A stretch of 64,000 bases of DNA from Lama guanicoe (GCA_013239625.1 MU054117.1:2168011-2232010), one strand, 5' to 3'; shown: positions 1-14,110, counted from the stretch's first letter. Notes: a model not told the origin generated them from the letters alone. Program-made: numbers and translations.

Positions 1-3000
1 AAAAGTGTTTGGGAGGGAGGGGCAATGCAGGACACACTGGCTTTGGGAAGAAGCCCCAGAGACGCCAGCTTGGGGAGTTGCCCTACTCCCAGGCAGGGCA
101 GGGGGTCAGTGCCAGGCCATGAACCTTTCCCTGCGGGGGGCTAAACGGTTTCTTTCTCTTAGGAGAACAGGCAGCCAAACTGTCAGCTGGCAAGATTTTC
201 CTGATAAAATGCTTCTGCTCTTAATCGCATCCTCGCTGGGCTGTGACAGCCCAGTGCTGGGTTAAATCATTTCCTCTCCTGCCTGATGTCTAGAAAATCT
301 CCTCTCCGGGCCTGTTGGCCCTGCTGGACTGGCATTTGTCGGGGCCTTTAGCTTCTTTGATCTTTTCCCCAAATTGGTCCCTCAATTCTCAAGTCTCTCT
401 CCTCTCCTCTCTCCAGTCAACGCTCTATATGTTACAGGGAAGGCTTGAGTAGGAGCATCTGAAAGCATCCACCTCCTCCTCCAGGCCCATCGCCTGCCAT
501 CCAAAGGAGGGGTCGGACCCTCCCTCTGACCAGCACAGCCCAACGACCCTGAGCAAGATGCTGTGTGTCCCCTCCTGCTCGCCATACTTGGGACTCTGCT
601 CCTGGGACCCCGTCCCCTGAGGAGTCAGACCCTCCTCCCAAGTACTTCCCCATCACACCTGTGTTTCTAGACCCCTTCTCCTGGGACTCCTGGATCTCCA
701 CTGATGTCTCCAACTCTCTGCTCCTGAAAATCTCAGCTCTAAAATAGCCTGCATTTACAGAGTGCTTACTGTGTACCAGACACCTTTGCACACGCCATGT
801 CCTTAAATTCTCTCAGCCACCCCAAGAGCTAAGTGCTCCTGTTGTCCCCATTTGACAAATAAGTAAATTGAGGAGTCGAAAGCTTCGGTCATTTCAGCGA
901 GGTCACGGAGTCTGGAGGTGGCCATGCCAGGACTCGAAGCTGGATTTGAATTTCTCTGTCTGTGCTCAGTGGCTCCGTATCTACTGCCCCCTTGACGTCC
1001 TCCTGAACTCTTCCAGCCCAGGGCCCTCCCATCCCACTTCCTCGCCCCAATCCTCCTTTCGAACTGAGAAGGGACTCCTCAAGGACCTGGGGCTCATCTC
1101 TCTGCCCTCAGAGAAGAAAGGCAATTCTTGCATTTTAAAGTTCTATACTGGTCTGTAATTAAAAGTGCCCTGTTCGCCAGGGCCCTTTCTTCTAAGTTAG
1201 TAAAGTCACACTCAGACTAAGTCTCAGGCTCCCTGGGGTTTGTTTCTGGTGAGTCAGTTCCTCTGGAACTTGTGGACCTCAGGGAAGCCCACCTGACCCT
1301 CCAAACCTGCAAAACTGCAGCCTGGACTTGGAACACGGTGACCACAGCAGGTCCAGCCAGCTGCCCCCAACCTCTCCCCACTCCAGACAGAAGCACGCAG
1401 ACAGCTGTCTTCCCCGTTTTGTTTTGCTAACCATCACTAAAATAATCTCGAAAAATCTCTTTTCTTAAACCATTCCAAGGCCTCTCAAAGGCAGTAAGTT
1501 CTTCAAGAACGCCGATCCGGTGTGATCATTCTTGCTATAGATCATTTCCTCGGTTTTGGTTTGATGAAACAAATTTAAAACCCTTTTTGTCATACATCAG
1601 AAACACTTACTGGAATCAGGGATCATTTTCATGGTTGTGTCACGGGTTAAGAGATAAGTGAGCAGGTAAAGATGACCCCTCAGAGGAGAAAACAAAACAA
1701 CACAGGAAACAGTAAGGCTAGAAAGGCCTCTAGGCCTGCAAAGAGCGGCCACCCTCTCTGAGCATGAAAGAAAGGGCATCCGAAAGATTCAGGTGAGCAG
1801 TTTTCAGCAAATGGAACCAGAACTCCCCCCAAACTGGACGAAATTCTGCGTTAACAAACACCAGCAACAGTGGCAGCCAGCCAGCTCTGCGGCCGCTCTC
1901 ACGTTGTCGTCCTGGCAGCATTATCTTTAATTACGTTTACTTCTTTAAATAAGAAAGCCTAGAGCTTTTTTAATTCTCCCCTAAAGATATTCTCTCGGTC
2001 ATTTCTGTCTCCTGCCAGGTTGCACGGAGCCTCACACTCAGGGTGGAGCACAGGCGAGAAGGGCCCAGCCTTTCGGGTCCCTGGAGTACAAGCCAGGTTC
2101 CACCTGTCACTTCCCGTGTCGACAAACCCCTCCCTTCTTTTCTCATCTGACTCCAGAAGTAGAAGCTGCCACAGACCCCGGTTCAAATCCCGTCTCTGCC
2201 ATTTACCAGGTATATATATATCCCCGGCTCTCAGCTTCCTGTGGGTAACGTTTTCTAAGCTTTCATGAGAATCAAACAGCACCTGTGTCGCCCATAGCAC
2301 GTAATCAGTGCGTGAGGGCCAGCGTTCTCCTCCCCTCCCTAGTGGGTGGGGGACACAGAACAGAAACACGGAGGGAGGAGGAATTCTCTAACCAGCTTTA
2401 AACACGCTACCTGTCGGGACGCTGGCCCCAGCCTGGCCTTGCTCACCCGGCAGCCCTGGTACAGCCCTGCGGGTGGGTACGTTCCCTGAGTACCTCTGGT
2501 GACCACCTGGGTGACCACGTGAGAGGCTGTCTTAGAGGATGGCCAGGCCTGGGAGGGGGCGCACAAGGAGGTTGGCGCAGACACAGCCCAGCTGAGGTCC
2601 ATCCCCTGAGCAGAGCGGCAGACACCAGGGCAGGACAAAGCCTTCGTGATGCTCACTGGAGTTAGGGGACGCCCCCACCCGGATGGTACTAGTTCGTCTT
2701 TTTGGCTCCAGAGTCTGGCAGGGAAGACACAGGTGGGCAAAGAACACAGGGGGTAAAGTGACCAGGGACAGACTTCTCAGGCTCTGGGACCCAATTCTTC
2801 TGCCACCTTCGTTGTGGTCGCCCTCTGGTGTGGAGCCGATCAGGCTGGACCCTGCTGTGACCTCACAGGGATCCTCAGAAGACGGGGAGCACACCTGCTC
2901 AATAGGCCCAGAACAGGAGGAGCAGCCCCTCCCACGCCTACTGCTCTGGGCTACATGCAGTTTGCTGTGCCCACACGGGACAGACGGACAGACACTTGTC

Positions 3001-6000
3001 CTCAACCCAAAGGACTCCTGCCTGGGCTCCACTCCAGGGCAGCACATCCTGGGGGGTCTTCAGAGCCCTGGGTCAGGGTGCAGGGCCCCAACTCCTGCAA
3101 AGCCTCTGGAAACTAATCTCTGGACTCCGAGGAGACACACCGCGTCCCTTGGCTTCGCCTGCCACTCGATGCCCTCCTGGTGTGAAGAGACAGGGACCCT
3201 CGAGCCTGGGGGCTGGGCAGGCCAGGTGGGCAGGCGGGGTGGGCCTCCTCCCACCACCCCGCCCCTCCTGGGGCCTCATGGGAGGCTGAGGCCTTTTTGT
3301 GCTTCTCTGGGGAAGAGCACGCAGTTCTGCAGCCCCAGAAGGACCCTTTCTGCTTCCACGGAGGGTGGGGGGTGGGGTGGTAGGGGGCATCGGAGTGGGC
3401 AGGGTTCCCAGCAGCCTCTGAGCCCAGAGGTGACTAATGGAGCCATCAAAGGACTGGAGGCTCCCAAGCCCAGCTGTTTGAAGCCTAAACTGTATTGATT
3501 GAGACTTTAATTGCTCCGTAATTGCTTAGTAAACACTGGCCGGTCCATTGATCAGGGCTCCAGCCACTGGGGAGAGACCAGAGGGGGACGGGTGCTGATG
3601 CAGGGTCTCCCCACGCCACGCCGGGCGGGGGGCCCTTCCTCAGGGGTCTCCAGCAGGGCCCGCAGCCTGGCTGGCTGGTGACTGGGGATGGGGTTACCGA
3701 GAGGGACTGCTTAGGGCAGGAGGCTCTGCCATTGGCCACGGTGCTCTACGGGGAAGCACCAGGCTGAGAAGCCTTTTTTCTTTCACGGGGGGAAAATACA
3801 AAAGCCAGCCTGGAAAAATAAGCCCCGGCAGGCTGCACGCTAATATACCAACAGCGGTTAATTCCATATGACTGGATTCCATTTTTATTTTCTTCTTTAC
3901 AGTTCTGTATTTTCCACATTGCCAACAACTAGCAAGTATAACTTATAATCAGAGGAAATAGATGTTATTTAGGATCAAGTGAAGCGGCTGGAGGCATTTC
4001 TCCTGTGCTCTTCAAGAAAGTCCTAGCAGCAGCCCCAAGGAAGGCAGTTGCCTGTCGGAGTCTGGCCGGCGCTGAACTTCCAGCTCCAGGACCGACTAGC
4101 GGGGTCCGTCTGCCAGACCCAGAGCGCCTCTCCACCCCAGGGTCCTTATCTGCAAATGGCCACAGCAGCCGTCTCACGCAATTACATGAGATGAAACACT
4201 GAGAGTGCTCAGTGCAACAGCAAGCATGCGTGCCACTTGCATCCTGGAGGCAGGACCAGGTACCCAGAGGGCTGGGGGTGGCTCAGCTTCCTGCTTAGTG
4301 CCCTGCCTTCCCAAGTGCCCCCCCCACCCCAGCCTCCTGTCATTACTCTAACAGAAGCCAGTCTTCCTCATCTCGGGCCCCACTGCCACCCACGGAGACA
4401 AATGGGCCCTATTCTGCTGGAGGCAGGAGGCGGCTGGCCAGCTCCAGGGTCATTGTTCCCAACTCACTGAGAGCCAGAGAGGGAGGGGAGCCTGTGGGAT
4501 GGAAAGCAGGGCTGCGATTACTGGCCTATTCAGTTCCCCAGAATAAAGGCCTGTCATCAGGAGCAGCAGGGGAAGGTGGGAAGAGGGGCAGAGCCTGGTA
4601 CGCACTCTACTCGTTGTGTGCCCGGGGCTGCGTGAACGTAGGCACAATGCGCAGTGGGCCAGCCTTGGAAGCCTTGCCAGCCCCATAACTGCTCCATTCC
4701 CCATGCCCACCATGCAGCCTCCTGGTCTTCCCATTTCTGGGAGCATCCCCCTGCAGTCTCTCCTGACTCCACCCCCAATCTCGCACCCCACCCCACATGC
4801 CCCAGCACTGGGGCTCTGGGCGGGGGCAGGTGTCTCCCTGGGGTTGCAGCATCTCTTCTTTACACATCTGATCGGAGGGGGTGTGGGTGACCAGCTGCAG
4901 CCCCCAGGGGATGAGCCCAGTGGCTCAGGAAAGGGACTCCTGCTCAACCCCATGGCTGGAGGTAGGGACAGGGAGGGGCAGCCCCTCAGACTCTGCTGAC
5001 CTGGTCAGTACTGGCTTCAGCCAGGCTGTAGAGGAGGGAGGGAGGGGCCCTGGTGGCCAGCCCTGCGCTCACACATCGAGGCCCTGGCCCTGAACTCCGG
5101 CCGCTGGCGCAGAGGCCTTACCTGGTCTCCTGTACAGACCACTGGCTTATCCCAGACTTGGCCAGGTCCTTGCTGAGCAGGTGGGAACCCACACTGAGCA
5201 GCTGGGAGGAACTTGGCTTGTCTCAGAGCCCAGCCCAGGGTCTCCCAAGGTGGCCCAGAGGCCTTGTGACCCCCCTACCCCGTGTGTACAGGTCACCGTC
5301 CGGCTTCTGACCCGGGCACCTTCTTGTAGGGAAACTCAGGGGCGGTCTGGGTTCGATATCCGTGGGCACAGGCAGGACACCTGCTTAAAGGGAAGGCAGA
5401 GGGGCTGGGAAGGTCCCGCATGGGGCTGGGAACGGGGATGTCGGGAGACTGATGGGAGAAACTGTATCTCAGGGTGGAATCCGCCCAAGAAGCCAAGAAC
5501 AGACAGACCGACCGACACACACACTGCTGGACGTCAGAAGGCACCGGAGGGCCTCTCCCGGAGGTGCCGAGACGCTGACATCGGACAGATGAACAGACAG
5601 ACAAACGGACACATATTCTGGGAAACTACAGGCCAGACAGACAGGACAACTTGGAATAGCAGAAAAGACAGCGGCTGGAGGTCTGGACCAACCTGGGGGC
5701 CTGCCCCCTGCCTGCACAGAGGGAGGGCTGTGGTGGGCGGTGCTCACAGGCCTGCCGTGACCATGACCAACGTTCCAGAGAATCTCTCACCTCCCACTCT
5801 CCCTCCCAGCACCTCCGCCCTGAGCTGGCACCTGCCCCTTCAAGGAGAAGCTAAGGTAACAGATTTCCTTCCATCCCACCCAAATCTTGGAAAGCAAGCC
5901 TATTCTGCTGGCACTCAGGCCCCAGTACACCACCTCTGCCTCCCACCCAGCGCACCGGCTTTTCCCACCACCCGCTCCCAGGAGTCAGGCTGCGGGGCAC

Positions 6001-7710
6001 TCAGAGGAAGGGGGGGGCCTCAGAAGACCCAGGTCCCCCCGGCCTGAGCTTCCCGGGGACACTGATCCACCCTCACCAACGCCGGTGACCAGATGGTGGC
6101 GATAAATGTTCCCGGAAGTGAGTTGGCCAGATGGGGGCAGGAGGCAGACCCAACAGCTTTTCTCTTGTCCTCCCTTCCAATGAGGGCATGTTTAGGGAGA
6201 AGACTTGGCTGTGCGCCTGAGCCCCGGGGCTCCCGGGAGGGGGCAGGTCTCCCAGCCCATTGCTGTCCTCCTTCCTCTCCTCTCCCGCTGTCTCTTTCTC
6301 CCATTTCTCTCCTTCTTTCCAGTTTCTAAGAAGCCCATTTTCAACTTGGGGGCATCACAATGTCCCCTGGATGGGGGTCCCGGGAGATCCAGGCAGCCTC
6401 ACTCTCCTTAGGTCCTGGGCACAGAGCTCGGCCTGAGACCTCCAGGCATTAGCACCGCACAGGGCCCGCCCCTTGCCTTCCCCCCCGGGGAAGATGTGCC
6501 TCTCTCCGCCCTGGGGGTGAGGGTCCCCAAGCTGGGCACTTATTTTGACCCAGCCTCCACCGTTCCTTCCGCAGAGTCCTGCCTCTCTCAACCCCCTCTG
6601 GCTTCCTTAGAGGGAAAACAAGAGGTAACACCTTTCAGGGGGAGGTTCTCTGTCCCCAAGCTTTATTTTCCAAGGAGTAGAGGGGAAAGGGTCCTGGAAC
6701 TACTGAGTACTGAACCTGGGAGTGGTGAGAGGTAGGCGTGGAGGGTCCTTAGTGCAAGTGCCATGGGGGCTCTGCACCTTCTGCTCCCCTCCCGTCCAGC
6801 CTGAGCTGCCCAGAGGCTCCGTGAGATGGCACGGAATGCTGCTCCCTAGATAGACCAGCCCCTTCGTCATACAGATGGGGAATCTGGGGCCCTGGGGAGT
6901 AACGCACCCACATTCATTCTAACAGGAGATGGCCAATGGGGCAAGTTTCAGGCCAAGCATCCTGACCCCCAGGGAAGTAAACAAGCAAATAGAAGAATGC
7001 CGAACTGAGACGGAAGCCTTGGGGGAGAGAGGCTGGGACAAAGTGTGATCAGCACAGAGGGAGGAGAGGACGCTGAGACGGAGGGACACGGGGCGGGGTG
7101 GGGGTGGAGCGTGGTGGAGGGAGACTGCGGGGAAGACAGAGCCTGGGGACGACCCAGAACAAGGCGAGGAGGAGAGCCTGGGCAGGGACTCCAGACCTGA
7201 CTTCTTGATGCGCCCCCTTCCTTCCCAGGGGGGTTGGCGAACCCAGCAGAATGAGGTTGACAAACCTTCAAAATTAAAGTCATCTTGGCAACTTTGCGGA
7301 AGGAGAAAGACATGAAAGAAAAATGCAAATCTCGGGCACAAGAGGAAGGGTGGGCACTATCATCAGTTGGGCAGCAGCGGACGCTGGACAACCTGCCGTG
7401 CGAGATTTACGTGTCTCCTCAGATGAAGCCCCTGACCTTGACACAGGTGGAGGTTCTACAGGCCGTCTGGTGGGAAGGAGCACTGGGCTGGGGTCTGCGA
7501 AGTGGGTATAATGACATAAAGTGGGAATGGCTCATCTGGGGTCCAGAGGAAGACAGGAAAGATGAACATAGGAGGAAGGAGGTAAAAACAAACAAACAAA
7601 TGGAATAGGAGACTTGGGAGGAAGAGGCCGAGTGGTGCCGTGGCGTGTGCTCTGCTCAGGGGACGGACGGTGCGGGTGGGGAGGGAGGCCCGGGCATCGG
7701 TCATTCCCAC

Positions 7711-7794
7711 CTTTGGGAGGCCAGGTCGGAGCAGGCGGGCTTCTGCTCGGCGTCGGCGGCTGGGCAGCAGAACTGGTGCAGCACGGTCTCATTC
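7711..7794 (-). CDS. IQSEC3: IQSEC3 coding exon 2 (84 nt)
   Basis: CCCCAG|G AAT GAG ACC GTG... translates (E)[27 protein letters not shown](S). Its phase matches exon 1; donor AG|GTGGGA at 7710. Matches the remembered IQSEC3 peptide [22 protein letters not shown]. Confidence 0.93.
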
Positions 7795-8037
7795 CTGGGG
7801 GCAGAGCAGAGGGAGAAGGTCAGAGCGCCCTGCCCCTGGGCAACCCCGAGACTCCAGACACTGCCCAGGGGAGGATGAGCAGCACTGGTTCTGTCATAAG
7901 GCCTTTCAGTTCAGACTCCACCTCCTGCTTGCAGCCCCCGGACCCCCGCCAGTGATCTCCTCTACTTCTGCACCCCCATCCCCGCAGGAGGCTCCTCTAC
8001 CTGGATGGATCACTCAGTTGGCTCTATCTTTGGTCAT

Positions 8038-9215
8038 GAAATCGACTCAAAATGGATAAAAGACTTAAACGTAAGACCTGAAACTAAAACCCCTAGAAGG
8101 AAACATAGGGGGAAAGCTTTATGACATTGGTCTTGACCATGACTTCATGGATATGACACCAAAACCACAGGTAACAAACAGGAAAATAGACAAGTGGCAC
8201 CACATTAAACCAAAAACACTCCTGCACAGCGAAGAAAACAATCAACAGAGTGCAAATGCAACCTACAGAATGAGAGGAAATATTTGCAAACTGTATGTCA
8301 GATAAGTGGTTAATTTTCAAAATATATAAAGAAATCTTACAGCTCAATGGGGAAAAAAAAGCCCTAATAACTCAATTAAAAGTGAGCTAAAAACTTGAAT
8401 AAACATTTCTCCAAAGAAGACAAACAGCCAACAAATATATGAAAAAATCCTCAAAGTCACTAGTTATTAGGGAAATGCAAATCAAAACCACAATACGCTG
8501 TGCCCTCACACCTGTTAGGATGTCTATTATCAGAAAAGCAAAAGACAGCAAGTGTTGGGGAGGACGTGGAGAAGCTGGAACCCTGCACACAGTTGGTAGG
8601 AATGCAAAATGGTGCTATAGAAAACAGTGTGGAGTTTTCTCAAAGGATTAAAATGAGGACTACCACATGATCCAAAAATCCCCCTGCTGGGTATTGATCC
8701 CAAAGAATTGAAATCAGGATCTTGAAGAGATATTAGCACCCCAATAATCAGTGCCTCCTATTCACAATAGCCAAGATTCATAAACACTCTAAATGACAGA
8801 AGAATGGATAAAGAAAATGTGATCAATATATGCAATGGAATACTACTCAGCCTTTAAGAAGAAGGAAATCCTGTTACATGTGATGGATAAAGCTTGAAGA
8901 CGTGCTAAGTGAAATAAGCCAGTCACAGAAAAGCAAATACTGCATGCTCCCGCTGATATGAATGACGTATCTGAAATAGTCGAACTCATGGAATCAGGGA
9001 GTAGGGTGAGCAGGTGGTGAGCAGGGCTGCGGGGGAGGGCAGAAGGAACTGGGGAATTGCTAAGCAAAGGGCACAAAGTTTCAGTTATGCAAGGTGAGTG
9101 CCTCTAGTTACACTGTAAAATGTAACTAGAGGCACAAATGTAACTTAAAAATGTCTTAGGAGGGTAGATCTTACATTAGGTATTCCTACCATGATAAAAT
9201 AAGACACGATAAAAA
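8038..9215 (+). mobile_element. L1 fragment (ORF2 3' end and 3' UTR), decayed
   Basis: ORF2-like remnant SLVIREMQIKTTIRCALTPVRMSIIRKAKDSKCW; typical AATGGAATACTACTCAGCC and GCTAAGTGAAATAAGCCAG motifs. Confidence 0.9.
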
Positions 9216-9489
9216 TGTTAACCATCCATATAAGTGTTTTGGTTTGAATATTCATTTCGTGAGTTGTTTGACTCACTTTGCTAGTGTCTGCACCCTGGCC
9301 AGAGGAGTAGAAGTGGGGTGGAGCTGGCCCAGAGTTAATTCAACAAGGGAACAAATACATGTGCACACCAAACGCTGTCAGTAAATTGAGTAAATGATGC
9401 GTCCCACACGGATGTGGACCATGGTTCTAAATGTACATAGAGGCAGTTATTATTAAAAAAAAAGATTTGTGTAAAGGAAAAAAACCCCA

Positions 9490-10025
9490 GCAACAACTGA
9501 AATGTCAGTTAACTGGTAAATGGATAAACAAATTGTAATTTATCTATGCAATGGAATACTATTCAGCAATAAAAAGGAAGAAGCTTATTATTCATATAGG
9601 CACCAGGAGGATTATGCAAAGCGAAGGACATAGACACAAAAGTCTGTACCTTCTATGAGGCTATTTGTATGAGATTCTAGAAAAGGCAAAACCATAGCAA
9701 CAGAAAGAGGATCAGTTTCAGTGACACAGGAGGGAAGAGATTAAACTGAAAAGGGAACGAGGTAATGGAAAAGTGTCTGAAAAATATACATATGAGTAGG
9801 TATATGTGTAACTGAGCCACTTTGCTGTACACTTGGAACTAACATTGTAAATCAACTACACTGCAATAAACAATAAAAGAAAGGGAACAAGGGGTCATGT
9901 GGGCTGATGGAAATGATCTACAACTTGAGAAGAGGATACACAGCTGTAGAAATTTGTCAAAAATCCTTGAACTGCACACTTAAAATGGGAGAACTTTATT
10001 GTATGTAATTGTACCTTAATATGGC
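9490..10025 (+). mobile_element. Old L1 3' end with a short younger L1 tail inserted at about 9775-9880
   Basis: AATGGAATACTATTCAGCAATAAAAAGGAA; TGAACTGCACACTTAAAATGG; inserted AACTAACATTGTAAATCAACTACAC..CAATAAA. Confidence 0.75.
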
Positions 10026-13000
10026 TGATGTTTTAAAGACCAGAATATTTTCTTCCCCTTCTCACTTCTTGATATTTCATCGAGTCTTTAGAATAATTTC
10101 TTTTCTAAAACCCCTCCTCCAATTGCCCCCAGATCACCTAATTATTAACCACCCTCTAAGCAGCAGAAAAACACCAAATTTTTCCTTCCTTTCAACCACT
10201 AGATTGGATTTTCAAAGACCAGATGGCTCATAACTGAGCCAAAGGAACCAGGGGGCCAGAAACCAGGGCAGGGAGAAAATTGGGGGTGGGAAGTTGAATA
10301 GGGGGAAACCTGGACCCAGGCCTGGGCGAAGAATCCCGGGAAGGGCCGTGGAGACAGCGTGGAGCTGGCGATGGAGACCCAGCCCCCTCCACATCGCTGG
10401 CCCTGGGGACGGTCAGGTCCTGGTGAACGAGGCTCTGTGCCTGCCCTGTTTCTCTCACCACTGGGTCGTGGGGATTCGGTATGACTTTAAATGCGAAACT
10501 GCCTGGGGAGAAACCTAGTAAGCCCCGCACAGACGCACGATCTTACAACGACTTACCATGACCATTACGGACACTAGTCTGAGTCCCGGAGGGGCTCAGC
10601 AACCCCAGCTCCGCTGCTCACACAGACCCACCAGGTGCCATCCCGACTTCTCCTCCCAGCCCCCCGCCCCTCCTCCGGCCCCGGGAGGCACGGAGCAAGG
10701 GGCGGACTTCCTTTGCTCCTTGGTGCGGTCTCCCACTGCACGGTCCCCCTCAGAAAGCTTTGGACGGTCCTAATGAGGCAAGTGATGGCAGATGACCAGC
10801 AGCCAGGGACAAAAAGCTACAGAAACGTCACCTGGCCCGGTAGCCCCACCAGGTTCGGTGCCGAAGGCTGAAATCTTGTGCAGACCTCCCTCTGAGTGGG
10901 CTCAGCTTCTCTTTCCTTCTCTGCTCAGTCTCCTTTGGGGGAACTTTAAAGGCCGTCTAGTCCGTCCCCCGCTGCCCAAGGGAGGGGTAACGAAGTCTGG
11001 GAAAGAGCTGCCTACCTCTCCTTCTCAGACAGGTTTCCCCTGAAAACATGCTGCCGGCTCTTGGACGTTATTTTGAAGAAGTCTGGTCTTGCAGTAACTC
11101 TGTGTTTCTCTCCTCTTTTCCCAGGAGCCTCAGTGCCCCCTCAGCTGCCCGGGAGCCACCCTGAGGTCCAGAGGGAAGTGGCGGCAGCAGAGATGGGCCT
11201 TACACCACAACCCGTGCAGCTCTGATTGGGTCTGAGGACAGTTTGGGTTGCCCAGCTGGTCTAATCTGGGTGGGGGCTCGGGGTTGTGTCCTCGCTTTAA
11301 AAAACAGCTGGGAAAGCGTTCTTCTGGCGGAAAGCCCTCCTCCTGGAACTGCGAAGGCTGCTCCACCTCTCTGACGGGCCGAGGGCTCAGAGAGGAGCTG
11401 CCAGCCGCCCCGCCCTCCCAGCAGGGGACCTCCTGGGCCCCCTTTTCTCCCTGCCTGGGGGGAGACCCCTCAGGGCTCCTCCCTGACTCCCCCATACAAG
11501 ACTGGCCGTGGTGTCCTCGCCTGTAAATGGGGTTAACAATAGAACTTCTTTAAAACGTCATTTTGAGTATGAAGAGTTAAAACATGCAAAGCACTGACAT
11601 GAGAACATAGTAAATGCTTAACAAGTGTCAGCTGTTGCCAGTGTCCCTCGTTCCGGCCTCTCGCCTGTCAGTCTCAGGGAGGGGCTGCCGGGTCTCTACA
11701 ACTCTCCATCATGCCTCCCCTCCCCTGCTGGCCTTCAGGGCAGTCGTTTCCAGGGGCTTTTGCTCATCAGATCTCTCCTCCTAAAAACCCCCGTTTCCCC
11801 TGCAAGCCTCCCTCTTCCTTCTCCAGCCTCCCAGGGAGCTTGCTTTCACCTTGACCTCCTTGAACTCGCTGGAACGTGGCTCCTCCCTGGAGTCCTAACA
11901 GAGCTGCCACTAGGGAGCTCCCCAGAAATCCAGCGGGACCCTCTCAGCTCCTGACTGACTTGCCTTTTCTGCGACATTCATCAGCCAAACCCTCTTTCCT
12001 GAAACACCGCCTTCCACTGGCTTCCAGGGGAGCGATCTGCCTGGTTTCCCTACTACGACCTTGTTTTCGTGGTCATAGGAGGAACCAGCCCCCATGTGGG
12101 GAGCAGTCATGGGGAGGAAAGGCGCCATCCATTAACCCCAGTGGGCCAGGCCGGGCATTTGGGGACCGTCCTGAAAGTGAATGTCCTGACCGTGGTCAGG
12201 CCCCTCCAGCCACTGCCGAGTGTGGCCGAGGAGCACCCCCGCCCCCCCACAGTGAGCGATTCGATACTGTTGCTGCTATAACTCCCCCGGTGCTTCCGGG
12301 CACAGGCCTCGGGCTGGTTCCTTACAGCTTTCACAGCGACTGCGATGTTTGCCTCCGGCTCCTCACCAGACTGTCAGCTGCTTCAGAGGAGCCCAATCTC
12401 GGCACTTGACTTGGGTCAAATTAATACAACGCTTCCACACCTGTTCCCCTGTGAGGCAGACGCTACCGTGGCGCCGCCGACCCTGCACAGACGGGGAGGC
12501 TCGGTGGAGAGAGAAAGCGGCTTGGACTCACTTCTGCGTGGGTTTTGCAAATTTCCCACTCGTTTCAAACTATAAACAGCGACCCCCTCTCCTTTGCACA
12601 TTCCTGAAGGCATCCCGTCCCCAACAGGAAAGCCATCGCCCCTCCTCACTCAGCCGCCCACACAGCCCGGAAGATCGTGGACACTCTGCAGTGACCTGCT
12701 TGTCCGTCACCGTGTGCGCACCGCCTGCCAGGAACTTGCTGTGTGACACACATACACAACAGGCAGGAGAGGTGGCAACGGTTGTCCCCGTCCTGCGGGT
12801 GAGGAAGAGGCTGAGGTCGCACTTGACCACACCTGGGCCCAGCCCCCAGGTTCTGTTACTGCCACAGGAGAGGCTGGGGCACACAGTGGACCAAATAGGA
12901 GGCCCACGTGCCTTCAGAATCAGCTAAATGAGAAAACGGACTTCAGGAGTTCGACCCACAGTCCACAGTGGTTCGTAAATGGAGGTCACTCCATTGAATG

Positions 13001-13114
13001 AGTTGCTGTATTTCAAACTCCGCGTCTTGTGTCTCCATACCCCCGTCACACGCACAGGGCCTGCCACCGACCCCTGGCTCAGTGTTTGAGGGCAGAGTCT
13101 GCCTGGGTCTAGTG

Positions 13115-14110
13115 CATCTTTTTTTTTCTCGATTAGGCAGCACAGTGTTCTCGACCGTGGTCGCCATGTTTTACATTAGCTCGTCAGACCTTACTCCTCT
13201 TACAGCTGACAGTTCGTGCCCTCTCGCCAACCTCTCACTATTTCCCCCTGCCACCCCCAGCCCCTGGCAACCACTTTTCTACGTCCTGTTTCTATGAGTT
13301 TGACGTTTTGTTTCTTTTTAAGATTCCACATGTAAGTAACACTGTGGAGCATTCGCCTTTCTCTGTGTGGCTCATTCCATTAGCACCATGCCCTCAAGGT
13401 CCATCCATGTTGCCGCAAGCAGCAGGATTGCTTCTTTCTCAGGCCAAATCATATTCCACTGTACCTTTATCGTCTTTATCCATTCACCCAGTGGTGGACG
13501 TTTAGGTTGCCACCACATCTTGGCTGTTGTAAATGATGCTTCAGTGACCATGGGAGTATGGCAGGCCCTGTTTTCATTTCCTTTGGATAAATGCCCAGAA
13601 GTGGAATTACTGGATCATGTGCTAGCTCTATTTTTCATTTTTTGAGGACCCTCCAGACTGTTTTCCACAGCGGCTGCACCAATTCGCATTCCCACCAACC
13701 GCACACAGGGTTCCCGTTTCCCCACATCCTCGCCAACGCTTGCTTCTGTTCTTCTAACGGCCACCATTCTGACAGGTGGGGGTGGCAGCTCACTATGGTT
13801 TCGACTCGCATCTCCCTGAGAATTAATGCTGTGGAGCATCCCTTCATGTGCCTGTTGGCCCCCTGTATGTCCTCTTTGGAAAACTGTCCGTGGAGGTCCT
13901 TTGCCCGTTCTTTAATCAGGTTGTTTGTTTTCCGCTATTGATCTATGTGAGTTCTTTATATATTTTTGGATATTAGCCCCTTGTCAGTGTATGATTTGGA
14001 AACATTTTCTCCCATTCGGTAGGTTGCCCGTGTGTTTTGTCAGCGGCTCCCCTCACGGGGCTAAAGCTTCTGGGTTGACATCCTGCTTGTTGATTTTTGC
14101 TTTTGTTGCC
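13115..14110 (-). mobile_element. L1 fragment, antisense
   Basis: CCCAGAAGTGGAATTACTGGATCAT and ACTGTTTTCCACAGCGGCTGCACCAATT are reverse L1 ORF2-end/3' UTR signatures. Confidence 0.88.

Noticed and set aside
2532..6047. Long ORFs of 171-288 aa (for example 2683-3498 and 5181-6047)
   Set aside because: Low-complexity G/P/R/S-rich translations in GC-rich intron, with no homology I recognise and no exon structure.
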